Origin: a virus
Taxonomy: Duplodnaviria; Heunggongvirae; Uroviricota; Caudoviricetes
IMG/VR virus record: IMGVR_UViG_3300037261_000110
Reading direction: 5' to 3' (one strand)
DNA length: 64,000 nt
A program made the translations under genes and the position numbers. Below the pieces are notes generated by a model that worked only from the letters and a program-made list of their open reading frames with translations, was not told the DNA's origin and did not search any database. This document shows, piece by piece, positions 37,438 through 47,181 of this stretch; positions within the stretch are counted from its first letter, which is position 1; each line of letters opens with the position of its first letter.

Positions 37438-39558
37438 TTATACTGCGCTCAAAGAACTGAATCGATCGATCTGAAGCATGCAGGCGGTATCCGGGTCGCG
37501 GAAACCGTTCCATGTCATCTTTTCGACGATATCTTGATCTATGCCGCCAGGACCTATTGGATCGGTAAGCAACTTGATCGCTGGAACCGTGAAGACGTAG
37601 GAGTTCTTCTCGATATCAACGAAATTCCACTCAAGCGATACTGTATCGTGGTTGAGGAAGTTCGTCCAGAAGTCCAGGTCCTCGAAGTAAGCGTCGAGCA
37701 AGCCTGTCAAGGCGAAACGACCGGTACCAATACCGTGTGGGAACTTCGAAGAAACTGCCATCTGGTTACGAAGAGTTGCGGCACCCTTGATCTGAATCTG
37801 CTGAATTGCAGTTGTGAGGGTAACACCGTTCTTCTTGATGGCGCCAACGTTGGTCGTTGCGTTCATGACTTCTGTAACTGTCGAAGCCAGCTGAACGTAA
37901 GGCGCAGCGCCGAGAATTGCCGTTGGTCCGCCAACAGTAGCCTTACCCTTGAAAGCCATTGTACCAGTGACGATAGCTCCCGAGTTGATGGTAAGATCGA
38001 ACGTGTCAACGCGAAGACCATCAGCAGTCATGTACTGACCGATATCGTTGTACGCCGTCTCGATACTGAAACTCTGCGGAATGATATTGGCGATATTGCC
38101 AGGGTTACGAAGCATCGAACCCTTGACTGTGACACCGATCGTCGAATTGTTGTTCGTGCTCGGAGCTGGCGTGACATAGATTTCGTCGTTCGAAACCTGA
38201 GTAACCTTGAACACGCCGCGCTGAGAAGCGTCACCACCAGAGAAGTTCGTGACGGTGAAGTTTGCGTCCAAGCTGAAGTTGACGACGGTTGCGACAGCAC
38301 CGGTGTCAGTCGTCTTGACGATCGTTGGTGCTACACCTGCCGCCTTGAGCGTCAGGATGGCAGCTGCGCCGCTTACGGTCACATTGAGCGCCGATGCGTT
38401 GATGGCGTTCTGGATCGCAGCCTTGAGGTTCTGTGCCGTCGCGGTAGCCGTGATGCCAGGAACGAACTGATACGGAGTAGGAGCCGAGGCAACGCAGGTA
38501 AATGCGATGGTGTTGACGCCATCGAAGATGGTTTCAACGTCACCGGCAGTGGCGATACCGCTGAAGGTGATAGTGCCGGTCTCTTCGACATCGCTAGTTG
38601 CGACGATCGAACCGCCAGCCGAATTCAGGTCCTTGAGTGTAACAGTTGCGGTTGCGACCGAAGCGCTAACGTTCAGATGACCAAGCAGACGAGCTGCATT
38701 GACAGCTGCCGCGAAGTTGACTGCTGAATCAGCTGCAACGGCGCCGACTGCAAAATCGGTTCCGGCCGTAAGTTTGACTGTGCTTACACCATCAAAGACG
38801 GAGATCGCATCGCCAACTTCTGCAACCTTGTTGAACAGAACGGTGCCGGACTCGAAGCCAAGACCCTCGAAGAAAAGGTTCTGACCAACGGAAATCTGTC
38901 CAGCCGCAATCGCCGAAGCAAATGCGTTCGTAGTGTTGGAATCGAACGAAGAATGTCCGCCTGTACCGGAACGAATCGCGACATTCTTGAGGATCATGAC
39001 ATCGTTGGCGTCCATGACCTTCGTTGTGGAAGAGCCGGCTTCCACGACGAACGGAGTGCCAGTGACGGTGATCAGCGTATCAGAGCCGCTGAGGGACGTG
39101 CCGGAGATTGACCAGTAACCGTTATTGACAGGGTTGATGAAGCCATCGGTCTTGATGTAACGATTGGCGGTCAGATAGGCGCGAACGTCTTGACCGAGAA
39201 TCTTGATGGTGTTGTTGGCAGTGATCGATACAATGGCGCCAATCCAACGATCGAAAGTCATTGGACGCGTCCAAGTGCCGAGCATGAATGCCTGCATGAA
39301 ATCGTCGTAAGAGCCCGCCGACCACTCGAAGTTGACAGTACCGTCCGACATTGCATCGGTTTCGATAATGGATGAAACCATACGATCAGCACGAATTTCG
39401 CTACTGACTTTGGTTCCCTTCGTTACAGCGATCGAAGAGTTGGTTAGACGCATCTCACGGACGTTACCGCCCGCCGGTATTACGCCCCAGGCGGAAACAG
39501 ACTCAGGAATGTATCGAAGAGATACGCGGTTGGAGTCCGCAAAAAGCTTGACAGCCAT
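37438..39558 (-). CDS. Major tail tube protein with inserted accessory domains
   Basis: S.EIRADRM, GT.NFEWS, C-terminal SFSIE..Y.DI...GL.DAYFED; 706 aa. Confidence 0.88.
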   Translation of the reverse strand: MAVKLFADSNRVSLRYIPESVSAWGVIPAGGNVREMRLTNSSIAVTKGTKVSSEIRADRMVSSIIETDAMSDGTVNFEWSAGSYDDFMQAFMLGTWTRPMTFDRWIGAIVSITANNTIKILGQDVRAYLTANRYIKTDGFINPVNNGYWSISGTSLSGSDTLITVTGTPFVVEAGSSTTKVMDANDVMILKNVAIRSGTGGHSSFDSNTTNAFASAIAAGQISVGQNLFFEGLGFESGTVLFNKVAEVGDAISVFDGVSTVKLTAGTDFAVGAVAADSAVNFAAAVNAARLLGHLNVSASVATATVTLKDLNSAGGSIVATSDVEETGTITFSGIATAGDVETIFDGVNTIAFTCVASAPTPYQFVPGITATATAQNLKAAIQNAINASALNVTVSGAAAILTLKAAGVAPTIVKTTDTGAVATVVNFSLDANFTVTNFSGGDASQRGVFKVTQVSNDEIYVTPAPSTNNNSTIGVTVKGSMLRNPGNIANIIPQSFSIETAYNDIGQYMTADGLRVDTFDLTINSGAIVTGTMAFKGKATVGGPTAILGAAPYVQLASTVTEVMNATTNVGAIKKNGVTLTTAIQQIQIKGAATLRNQMAVSSKFPHGIGTGRFALTGLLDAYFEDLDFWTNFLNHDTVSLEWNFVDIEKNSYVFTVPAIKLLTDPIGPGGIDQDIVEKMTWNGFRDPDTACMLQIDRFSSLSAV

Positions 39559-39605
39559 GATAAAAACCTTCGCTTGGGTTAGGTTAAACAGGATTCGGCA
39601 TTTAG

Positions 39606-39654
39606 AGAATAGAGAGAAATACTCGATGTGTCAATGATTTTGGTGAACGGGTCA
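39606..39654 (-). promoter_or_regulatory. Late promoter of the major tail gene with upstream TGACCCGTTC box
   Basis: TGACCCGTTC-N10-TTGACA-N17-TATTCT. Confidence 0.7.
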
Positions 39655-39660
39655 GAATTA

Positions 39661-40095
39661 TTATTGTCCTGGAAGAGCAGGTGCTTCGTCACGGTAAAAA
39701 CTAATGCTTACAGAATTTCTTGCCCAGCCTTCCAACTGACCCAAATATTTGTCATCTGCGGTTCTACAAATGACACGAGCGCCATCGGGTAGCATGAACG
39801 ATTTACGCTCAAAGACTTTGCCAACGAAATCAACTAGCCGATTCAATAACGTAGAGGTTGTATCTTCCGAGACCAAGCAATCAATCTGGATTACCCCAGG
39901 ATGACGAACAACCGCGCTCTCCTTAAGTTCTGTCTGCTTAGATGACCCGGCAAGGATGTGAAGAGAAACGTAAGCATCGTGAGGTTGATTAAAACGAACG
40001 TTCTCGAACTGTATTGGTACATTAAGGTCGCCAGCACCAGATAAAGCAAAAAGAAGCATTCCTCCGATTGTTTGTTCTAACGTAGTTTTTGACAT
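39661..40095 (-). CDS. Tail terminator-like protein
   Basis: PIQFENVRF, R.PGVIQID; position in neck cluster. Confidence 0.7.
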   Translation of the reverse strand: MSKTTLEQTIGGMLLFALSGAGDLNVPIQFENVRFNQPHDAYVSLHILAGSSKQTELKESAVVRHPGVIQIDCLVSEDTTSTLLNRLVDFVGKVFERKSFMLPDGARVICRTADDKYLGQLEGWARNSVSISFYRDEAPALPGQ

Positions 40096-40586
40096 TAAAG
40101 AAGCCCTATCATTGCCTGCACTTCAGATTCCGTTATGCGGATCATACCGCCTGGACTGCGCGAGCGCTTGCTTGTTGGAAGTTCACCGTATTCTAACATC
40201 TCTGTGCGAGGATTATCGTTCGATAGAACGTATTCATGAAATGGATCGGCTGGATTCACTAAATTACTTACCTCGGCGTCAACTGCGGCAGTTGCTTGAG
40301 CGCGCATTGGCTCTGAACCGAGTGCAGCTCCTCCGGTATGACCAAAAGTAGCAATCTGTTCTTTCGAATATTTTTGCTCAGCCGCAGCACCCTCACCACC
40401 ACCAACACCGTCCGAAGACCAGTGCCATGCGCTTATAGATTCGCCGGACCAAACAGGATGTCGACTCAAGACACCTTTATGTACCTGATTGACAACTTGT
40501 CTCACCTTTACGGAAAAGGTTGCGATAAATTCAACCTGTGCAGCTGTGAGCGCAGCAATTGCTGCTTCTATGCCTAAGACCGGCAT
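40095..40586 (-). CDS. Tail completion / HK97 gp10-like neck protein
   Basis: HPVWSG...W; position in neck cluster. Confidence 0.55.
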   Translation of the reverse strand: MPVLGIEAAIAALTAAQVEFIATFSVKVRQVVNQVHKGVLSRHPVWSGESISAWHWSSDGVGGGEGAAAEQKYSKEQIATFGHTGGAALGSEPMRAQATAAVDAEVSNLVNPADPFHEYVLSNDNPRTEMLEYGELPTSKRSRSPGGMIRITESEVQAMIGLL

Positions 40587-40948
40587 TATTTTTCTCTTAC
40601 GTGCAAGATATTCAGCAAACCATCTGGCGCCGAAAGATTTCTCATTAAGTTCCAGCTCTGTCCATTAAAATCCAATGTGTCCGTCAAAACTGGAACCAAA
40701 CCTAGAACATCTCCCGGAAAAATGACCTTGCAATCATTGTACTTGACAACATCGTTATCGATCTCTTTCAAGTCAAAAGCAACTATTGCTGCTTTTGGAA
40801 TTATTATTGAACCATCCGAACCGCTGTAGGTCCCGGTGGTAGGATTATAGGTTGTTGACTTGGTATGATAAGTAACAACGGTAGTAAGATCGCCAATAAT
40901 GCCAAAAGCCGATGTAATTGCTCTTGAAAGAGTGTTGCGCAAACCCAT
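40586..40948 (-). CDS. Head closure / head-tail joining protein
   Basis: Y..K...YNPTTG; 120 aa; position. Confidence 0.65.
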   Translation of the reverse strand: MGLRNTLSRAITSAFGIIGDLTTVVTYHTKSTTYNPTTGTYSGSDGSIIIPKAAIVAFDLKEIDNDVVKYNDCKVIFPGDVLGLVPVLTDTLDFNGQSWNLMRNLSAPDGLLNILHVREK

Positions 40949-40950
40949 GA

Positions 40951-41472
40951 TTATGCCGCACGAATTCTGCCGAAGCTACCAGTTCCGCCACGAAGGAAGC
41001 CAAGACCTTCGATAAGAAAGCGGAGAGCCATCGGAATTTGAGGAAGACGATACGTTGCTTCGAACCCGAGTTCGATCACGTCAACTTTCAAACGGATAAG
41101 TCCATCGGTCGTGCGCTCGACGGTGCGATCCTCAATCATGAGGAACCGAGCCAGTTCAGCGGTCGCCTGGACGAGCTGAAGCGGAATGGTGTTATTCCCT
41201 ATCGGGTTGCCATCAGCATCGTTCACGCCCGTTCTAGGCCAGCGCAAAGGGCTAGTGGCGAGCGTTTTCGATCCATTCCAAAATGCGTGCTGATCTAGGT
41301 AGCGTGTGCTCCATACGACAAGCGCAGCCTGATCGTCTGGCGACAAAGCAGCCCACACTGGATTGACAATGATGTTGGCGGAAATATAGGCATCAGCGTC
41401 AGCCACTGATATGTAGCTATTCGCCGTTGGATCAAGTCCACTGCCTGTTTCAACTACTACAGTTACGCTCAA
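40951..41472 (-). CDS. Head-tail adaptor (DnaT-like domain family)
   Basis: VVETGSG...ANSYISVADADAY, LRWPR.G, IP..L..AT.ELA. Confidence 0.75.
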   Translation of the reverse strand: MSVTVVVETGSGLDPTANSYISVADADAYISANIIVNPVWAALSPDDQAALVVWSTRYLDQHAFWNGSKTLATSPLRWPRTGVNDADGNPIGNNTIPLQLVQATAELARFLMIEDRTVERTTDGLIRLKVDVIELGFEATYRLPQIPMALRFLIEGLGFLRGGTGSFGRIRAA

Positions 41473-42166
41473 AGGCTTTCACCCATTCTTTTGCTGTCTT
41501 AGATCGAACAACGTCTTCGGAAGTGAATTCGATGATATCGGCGTCGATATCGTACTTCTCAATCATGTCGATGACAGTTGTCAGACCAGGATTATCGATA
41601 TCGCACTGATCCATATCACCGCAAACGATAAGCTTGGAATTCTCACCAATTCGAGTGAGAAACGTGCGAAGGTCCAACAAAGTACAGTTCTGAGCTTCGT
41701 CCAAGATCACGATTGCGTCATCGAAGGTCCGACCGCGAATGTGTTCGAAAGCAACAATTTCAATGCGACCTTGATGCTTAAGCTGATCGATCGTCGACAC
41801 TTGAGCCTCAGCTGCAAACGCATCCCAAATTGGGCGCATCCACGGCTCTAGCTTGTCGTTCGCATCGCCGGGTAGGAAACCAAGTTTGTGATGAAGTTGA
41901 GAAACTGTTGGTCTCGCAACTATAACACGGTAGAAGGCGTTATCCAGCACCTTGCGGATCGCAAAGCGCCCGGCTACGTAAGTCTTACCAGTTCCAGCGC
42001 CGCCTACTGCGAAAATTTGATCAGCTTCATTCAGACTGTCCAGGTAATCTTTCTGATTTTCAGTCTTAGGAATCAGGGTGCTTTGCTGCTTCACTCTAGC
42101 TCTTTTCACAGCCTTGCGCGAGGCTCGACGTTGAGCCTTCTCAGAGACAAGATCGGGTGCAGTCAT
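41450..42166 (-). CDS. phoH: PhoH-like ATPase
   Basis: GGAGTGKT, GFLPGD, IRGRTF, ILDEAQN, GD..Q.D. Confidence 0.95.
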   Translation of the reverse strand: MTAPDLVSEKAQRRASRKAVKRARVKQQSTLIPKTENQKDYLDSLNEADQIFAVGGAGTGKTYVAGRFAIRKVLDNAFYRVIVARPTVSQLHHKLGFLPGDANDKLEPWMRPIWDAFAAEAQVSTIDQLKHQGRIEIVAFEHIRGRTFDDAIVILDEAQNCTLLDLRTFLTRIGENSKLIVCGDMDQCDIDNPGLTTVIDMIEKYDIDADIIEFTSEDVVRSKTAKEWVKAFERNCSS

Positions 42167-42167
42167 G

Positions 42168-42440
42168 TTAGACAGCCTTGTCGGCTACCTTTGGCTTCAC
42201 GAGTGTTGTTTCTGCCGGAGCCTTCGGCGGCAGGAACGTTGTGGTTTTGCCCGGAACGGTGTCATGAAGCTTCTTCAGCTCAGCCTCTGGCTTCATATGC
42301 GTCGCCAAAGGTGATTCTGGCTTGAACAGAGGAGCTGGCTTGGCGGAGAAAGTCCAGCCATCTTGCAAAGTAAGCTTCTTTGCGAGTTCTGGCGTGACTT
42401 CGAACATATCACCCTTTGGATCAAAAACTTTCATCAACAT
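42168..42440 (-). CDS. Hypothetical late protein
   Basis: KVFDPKG...GWT motif, paralogous to the N-terminus of 42621..43070. Confidence 0.65.
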   Translation of the reverse strand: MLMKVFDPKGDMFEVTPELAKKLTLQDGWTFSAKPAPLFKPESPLATHMKPEAELKKLHDTVPGKTTTFLPPKAPAETTLVKPKVADKAV

Positions 42441-42514
42441 GGTATCACCACTACGTGAGAGGAAAAGAAGGGGCTTGCTTTCAGTATTTTGTTATCGTTA
42501 GCCCCAATATTGTG

Positions 42515-42563
42515 ATAATAGCGTAAGCGTAAATAAAGTCCAGCAAATTTATCGAACAGGTCA
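42515..42563 (-). promoter_or_regulatory. Late promoter with TGACCTGTTC box
   Basis: TGACCTGTTC-N11-TGGACT-N16-TATTAT. Confidence 0.55.
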
Positions 42564-42564
42564 A

Positions 42565-42594
42565 CAAAAAACCCGGCAAGTTACCTCGCCGGGC
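42565..42594 (-). terminator. Rho-independent terminator after the capsid operon
   Basis: CCCGGC/GCCGGG stem followed by T6 on the - strand. Confidence 0.75.
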
Positions 42595-42620
42595 TGAATA
42601 TATCATTCGTGCTGAAACCG

Positions 42621-43070
42621 TTATCCCAGGTTGTCGACCAACTTGGAGAGTTCGAGAGCCAGGGTCATCTGTGCCTTGCGACCGTCGAGCTTCGTCGAAT
42701 AGTGGTCCTCAGCGTACTTCAGAATGTCGTCCTTGGACATATTGGAAGCATCGAATGTTGGAGCGTCCGAGCCGCCGGAAAAGTCCGGAACTTCTGCGTC
42801 CGCTTGACTGTTGTCGTCGCCTTCGTCACCTTCAGCATCATCGACCGGAGCCGCAGCTGACTTGACAACTACTGTCGTTGTGCCATCGCCTTGATCGTCT
42901 GACTCTGGCGCGGCCTCCATTGCCGGCTTGTCGCGATAGACGACAACTGGTGGACTACGTGTCCACTTCAGATGCTGAACCATGTCACGCGCGTTGAGGA
43001 GCGGCATGACATGCTCTTTGCCTGTAAGGTCATAGACCTTTTCGTGCGTTGCTGGAATCTTCTTTGCCAT
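42621..43070 (-). CDS. Hypothetical late protein, acidic
   Basis: KVYDLTG...KWT N-terminus; acidic linker; C-terminal helical domain. Confidence 0.7.
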   Translation of the reverse strand: MAKKIPATHEKVYDLTGKEHVMPLLNARDMVQHLKWTRSPPVVVYRDKPAMEAAPESDDQGDGTTTVVVKSAAAPVDDAEGDEGDDNSQADAEVPDFSGGSDAPTFDASNMSKDDILKYAEDHYSTKLDGRKAQMTLALELSKLVDNLG

Positions 43071-43100
43071 TTTCGTTTTCCTTGTGTTGTCGGGTTAGGT

Positions 43101-44594
43101 TTAGTGTCCGGAGACCGGAGCTGCGTAAGCCCAAAAGGCTAGGCCGGCAGTCTGTGCAGCAACAGCCGTAACTGTTGCGACGTTACCAGAGTCAGTGTGC
43201 TCTGTGATCGATCCGTTCGTGGAGCCGAGCGCACCGTTGCGATTGACAAAGCCAACCTCAGTTGCATTCAGTTCGAAAGCCAACCACGCGTTCTTCGTTG
43301 GGTCACTGATAAGTCGATCTCCCCAAACGTGAGAAGGGTTGTTGACCGCCAGGACAAGATTGGACGCTGTGTCAGATGCACTTACACCGGTTGCAACACC
43401 AGCTACGCCGCCGGTGAAGTCAGTGACGGTGAGATAGGTGTTCGCGTCTACTTGCTTGGTGATTGTCGCACCAGCTGCATGTAGAACGTTGAAACCGACG
43501 TTGTTCGCGAGATTGGTGATCGTAAGCGTAGCGCCGGCACCGGAGACGCCAACCGAAAGATTGCCAAGGGCAACTTCGTTGAGAATGACCGCCTTCAGGT
43601 TCTGTGCGGAATCAGTTTGCGATGCGCCAACTCCTACCGAGTACGGAAGATAGAACAGCGGCGTGCTGGCATAGACAAACTGGACCGCCGGATGAATACC
43701 GTCATTGATCGTGAGTTCATCACCAGGAGACATGGCGCCAGTAGCAAATACAAGCGTAGCCGCGTCATTGGTTCCGAACAGAATGTCTGTTACCATAGCC
43801 GCCATCGCCACGCGAGTCATTGCTGCGCCGACGTTGGTTGTTACCGTTAGCGAATCTGAACCCGAGTGGAGAGAGTAGATCGACACGACGTTGGCGAGAG
43901 CAACAGCCTTCACACCGACGAGCGCGCCAGGAGTGCCGTTGACAAATGCTGCAAAGTTCGCAGCTGCGGTCGGACCATCGGTTCCAAGTGGAACCTGCGT
44001 GCCCGGCGTAGTGCCGAAAGTGAACGCAACCGAATGTGCGGCTGAGTCAACAATCGTAACCACGTCGTTTTGGATTGGAGCACCAGAGAAAGTGACTGTA
44101 CCGACATCATGCGTGGTGTCGGTCAGGTAGATTTCGTCGCCGGCAGCTGCTGCGCCAATGAAGGTATCATAGGCGACCGGATAACCGCCAGCCATGGTGA
44201 CGTAAAGGCCGAAGAATTCATCGGTTGTCGCTGCGTACTGTTGAATCTGTTCGCGCGAAACTACAACGCGAGCAACTTCCGACTGTCCATTGGCGGGAGC
44301 AGGAAATGATTCAGTTAGGATGGTGTGCGGAGAAATGGAGAGATCAGCTTGAGCGGCACTGACTACGGCAATGGTGTAAACCTCGCCATAGTGTCCCGGC
44401 AGCACGCCGAGATTGAACCAGATGCTGAATTCCTGAAGTGTGGCAACATCGCCCGGCACATTCCAGTATGCGTCAAGATCGTCTATCGGCAAAGAGCTGG
44501 AATAGAAAGCGGTAGCGATATTGGCTTGCCCGACAGCATACAACGCTGATGCTGCATCAGGTGTAAACTTGGAGCGCGATGCGTTTGCAGTCAT
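43101..44594 (-). CDS. Capsid decoration protein paralog with a large insertion
   Basis: Starts MTANASR and ends FWAYAAP, like 44684..45151. Confidence 0.7.
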   Translation of the reverse strand: MTANASRSKFTPDAASALYAVGQANIATAFYSSSLPIDDLDAYWNVPGDVATLQEFSIWFNLGVLPGHYGEVYTIAVVSAAQADLSISPHTILTESFPAPANGQSEVARVVVSREQIQQYAATTDEFFGLYVTMAGGYPVAYDTFIGAAAAGDEIYLTDTTHDVGTVTFSGAPIQNDVVTIVDSAAHSVAFTFGTTPGTQVPLGTDGPTAAANFAAFVNGTPGALVGVKAVALANVVSIYSLHSGSDSLTVTTNVGAAMTRVAMAAMVTDILFGTNDAATLVFATGAMSPGDELTINDGIHPAVQFVYASTPLFYLPYSVGVGASQTDSAQNLKAVILNEVALGNLSVGVSGAGATLTITNLANNVGFNVLHAAGATITKQVDANTYLTVTDFTGGVAGVATGVSASDTASNLVLAVNNPSHVWGDRLISDPTKNAWLAFELNATEVGFVNRNGALGSTNGSITEHTDSGNVATVTAVAAQTAGLAFWAYAAPVSGH

Positions 44595-44683
44595 GGTGAG
44601 CACTTCCAAAAAAGCGAGGAAAAGGGTGTAAACCCAACAACGGACGCTGTTAGGCGTCCGTCGTGTTTGATTAGGCGCCGGTA

Positions 44684-45151
44684 TTAGCCGAGACGACCGC
44701 CGCTGTCGGGGAACGGTGCAGCGAAAGCGTAGAACAGGAACGACTTCGTTCCGGAGCCACCGATCGTGACATACACGTCCATGAATGCGGGATCAGCTTC
44801 ACCGACTTCCGCAAGCAGTTCGCGTGCGATCGGGATGTAGTAGATACCCGGAGCTGTGATTGCCGGCATCGTGAAGACGGTGCTGGCGTTGTCCATTGCA
44901 ACTTCTTCGTCGGTACGGACTGTAACGACGTAGGATTGCGAGGAGTCGTGGAGCGATGCGCCGACGACGAGAACAATCATGAACTCTTGATTGATCGCGT
45001 ATTCGCCAGGACCGTTCCAGTAAGCCTTCAGCTTCTGAAGGTTGAGCTGAGCGACGGAAGCGCCAGACGCTGTAAGAGCTGCCTGACCACTGTCCTGAAG
45101 AATCAGGGCACTGTCAAGAGCAAAGCGGACGCGAGATGCATTGGCAGTCAT
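44684..45151 (-). CDS. Minor capsid / decoration protein
   Basis: Directly after the major capsid gene; 155 aa. Confidence 0.7.
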   Translation of the reverse strand: MTANASRVRFALDSALILQDSGQAALTASGASVAQLNLQKLKAYWNGPGEYAINQEFMIVLVVGASLHDSSQSYVVTVRTDEEVAMDNASTVFTMPAITAPGIYYIPIARELLAEVGEADPAFMDVYVTIGGSGTKSFLFYAFAAPFPDSGGRLG

Positions 45152-45199
45152 GTTTTTGTTTCCTCTTAAAGAGTTGTTGTTACGGCAGAACCGTAAACG

Positions 45200-46132
45200 T
45201 TACGCCGTGACTGCCGCGTCAGTGATGCCCCATACGCGAGCCGCAGCGCGACCGTGCATGATTGCGAGACCAACGAGCCATTCAACGCGAGTACGAAGGA
45301 CCGGCTTTGCGTTGATTTCACCGAGATCGGTGACTTCCATGGCGCCGTTCTGTAGGCCCGACACCATACCGTCGCCAAAGTTGACAACGTAGATGGAAGT
45401 GGAGACAGCGGAACCAGCAGGACCGGCTTCGTTGTAGTCGATGATACGAGCACCGGTGTCATCGTAGTCAGCGATCAGGATAGGTAGATCGTTGTACATC
45501 GTGACGCGGCGACCGAACTCGTCTTCAGCGAAATCGATATCACCACCGACTGCGATGGTACGTGCAGCTGCGGTGAGGCGACGACGCATAGCCTTCGACA
45601 TGACCAGGGCGTTCGGGCTATCGACTAGATCGATTGCCTTGTCCAGAGCCGAAAGAGAAAGCGGCGAGTTGTTGGACGGAGAAACGAGGTTTGCCGGGAT
45701 GATCTGGTTGCCGACGATGCGGACACGAAGACCATCGAACTGACGCGGGTCAATAGTGGAGTCACCGTTGATGACCTTGCCAGCAAGGTAAAGACTCATC
45801 GCCTTGACCTTCATGCCCTCATGCTGTGTGCGGACAGCCGGACCACGGGTCTTGATCAATGCCTTGTCGACATCGAGATCGCCACCAGCGATACGAAGCA
45901 CTTCAGTCTGCGGGTTCAGCACGCCGACGCTTTCCGGATAGGCTTCATTGAAACCACGGAATGCGACGCCAGGAAGAGTACCTTCCTGATTGTAGCTGAA
46001 TGAGCCACCGATAATGTCCTCGAACGGCAGAACACGGAGAACATCCGAATTTGCCGCGAACATTTCGATAATAGCAGCGCGCTTAACGTCGCCGCTGTTG
46101 ATCTTGCTCGCTTCAAGTAGAGTGACAGCCAT
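45200..46132 (-). CDS. Major capsid protein (phiCbK-like)
   Basis: GVAFRG.NE.Y..S.GV.NP..E.LRIAGGDLDVDKAL, FDGLR.RI, TRVEWL, AARVWGI. Confidence 0.95.
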   Translation of the reverse strand: MAVTLLEASKINSGDVKRAAIIEMFAANSDVLRVLPFEDIIGGSFSYNQEGTLPGVAFRGFNEAYPESVGVLNPQTEVLRIAGGDLDVDKALIKTRGPAVRTQHEGMKVKAMSLYLAGKVINGDSTIDPRQFDGLRVRIVGNQIIPANLVSPSNNSPLSLSALDKAIDLVDSPNALVMSKAMRRRLTAAARTIAVGGDIDFAEDEFGRRVTMYNDLPILIADYDDTGARIIDYNEAGPAGSAVSTSIYVVNFGDGMVSGLQNGAMEVTDLGEINAKPVLRTRVEWLVGLAIMHGRAAARVWGITDAAVTA

Positions 46133-46221
46133 TTTCTTCTCCTGTGCCGTTAGCCGGCATCTTTTTCGTTCTCTGACATTATCCCGGTCAGCTCAGGTCT
46201 ACGAAGCGAGCAAGATATTGG

Positions 46222-47019
46222 TTAAGCGTTCTTAACCTTACCTTCGTTCGCCATTCCGAGGCGGGTAAGTGCGGGAAGTCTGTTGAACTCCTCGCGCGTC
46301 ATGCCGTTGTAGTCTGTCTTGCCCTTGTTCCCGGCAGCGCCGCCACCAGAAGAGCCCTTGAAGAAGTGCGGTGCGCGCTCCTTAAGCGTCTGAATCCATT
46401 CAAACGCCGTCATTGGAGTTGTACCGTCCGCGCCGTAGATAACTGCGGATTCGCCATCCCGAGGGACAACATTCCCGTTTTCTTCGACGTGGAAAACACC
46501 GTAAGCACGGTTGAGAATATCAGGTAGAGCTTGTGTCTCTACTCCGCTCTTCTCACTGAGAACTGCGTCTGTGATACAACGATCAACCAAGCTTTGATTG
46601 AACTTGCGGTCAGACTCAGATGCCCGAACTTCGGCTGAGGCACGCTTTTTCGCCTCTTCGGCGAGCTGGCTATCGTACCCAACCTTCATTTGTTGTGTAC
46701 GCTTTGTTACCTCAGCTTCGATATCCTCAGTGGTCTTCAGCTTGCCATCTGCAACCTTCTGGTTGGTGGCACGAAGTTCGTCGATCTCTGCAAGCAGGTC
46801 TTCGAACTTCTTATCCTTTGGGATAAGCGGAACAACCTTGTCCCATTGAGCCTTCAAAGTGTCGCGTTCCTTGGAAAGTGCGATGTTGTTATCGCGGAAC
46901 TCGACCAACTTTGCTTCCGGGACCACCTTGACAACGAACTTACCAAGATCGTTTTTCGTCTGCGTTCCCTTCAAGCCCTCTGGAATAGAGGCTTCGTCGT
47001 CATAAAGAATATCAGGCAT
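46222..47019 (-). CDS. Capsid scaffolding protein
   Basis: Coiled-coil, EFRDNNI.L, W...LKE.APHFF..S.GGGA.G; upstream of the capsid gene. Confidence 0.8.
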   Translation of the reverse strand: MPDILYDDEASIPEGLKGTQTKNDLGKFVVKVVPEAKLVEFRDNNIALSKERDTLKAQWDKVVPLIPKDKKFEDLLAEIDELRATNQKVADGKLKTTEDIEAEVTKRTQQMKVGYDSQLAEEAKKRASAEVRASESDRKFNQSLVDRCITDAVLSEKSGVETQALPDILNRAYGVFHVEENGNVVPRDGESAVIYGADGTTPMTAFEWIQTLKERAPHFFKGSSGGGAAGNKGKTDYNGMTREEFNRLPALTRLGMANEGKVKNA

Positions 47020-47107
47020 TTTGATCTCCCCGAGACCTTAGTGTTAGCACCGTTCTTCTACCAGAAGTACAGCGGCAATTCGACCCGAATTGCTTTTTAC
47101 TTTTATG

Positions 47108-47157
47108 ATAATGCGCAGAAAGTTAAAATAAGTCAAGTTATCAATGCGAACGGGTCA
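47108..47157 (-). promoter_or_regulatory. Late promoter of the scaffold/capsid operon with TGACCCGTTC box
   Basis: TGACCCGTTC-N11-TTGACT-N17-CATTAT. Confidence 0.7.
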
Positions 47158-47181
47158 TTTTCTTTTCGATTTTTTCTTCAG

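Noticed and set aside
37534-38727. 397-aa + strand ORF, and similar long antisense ORFs at 49762-50628, 46690-47508 and 32806-33279
   Set aside because: Shadow frames of Ala/Gly/Thr-rich - strand genes; no motifs, RBS or operon context.
39645-47160. Late-promoter box as an alphaproteobacterial LexA (GTTC-N7-GTTC) or CtrA (TTAA-N7-TTAA) site
   Set aside because: Second half-site absent at the required spacing in the sites examined.
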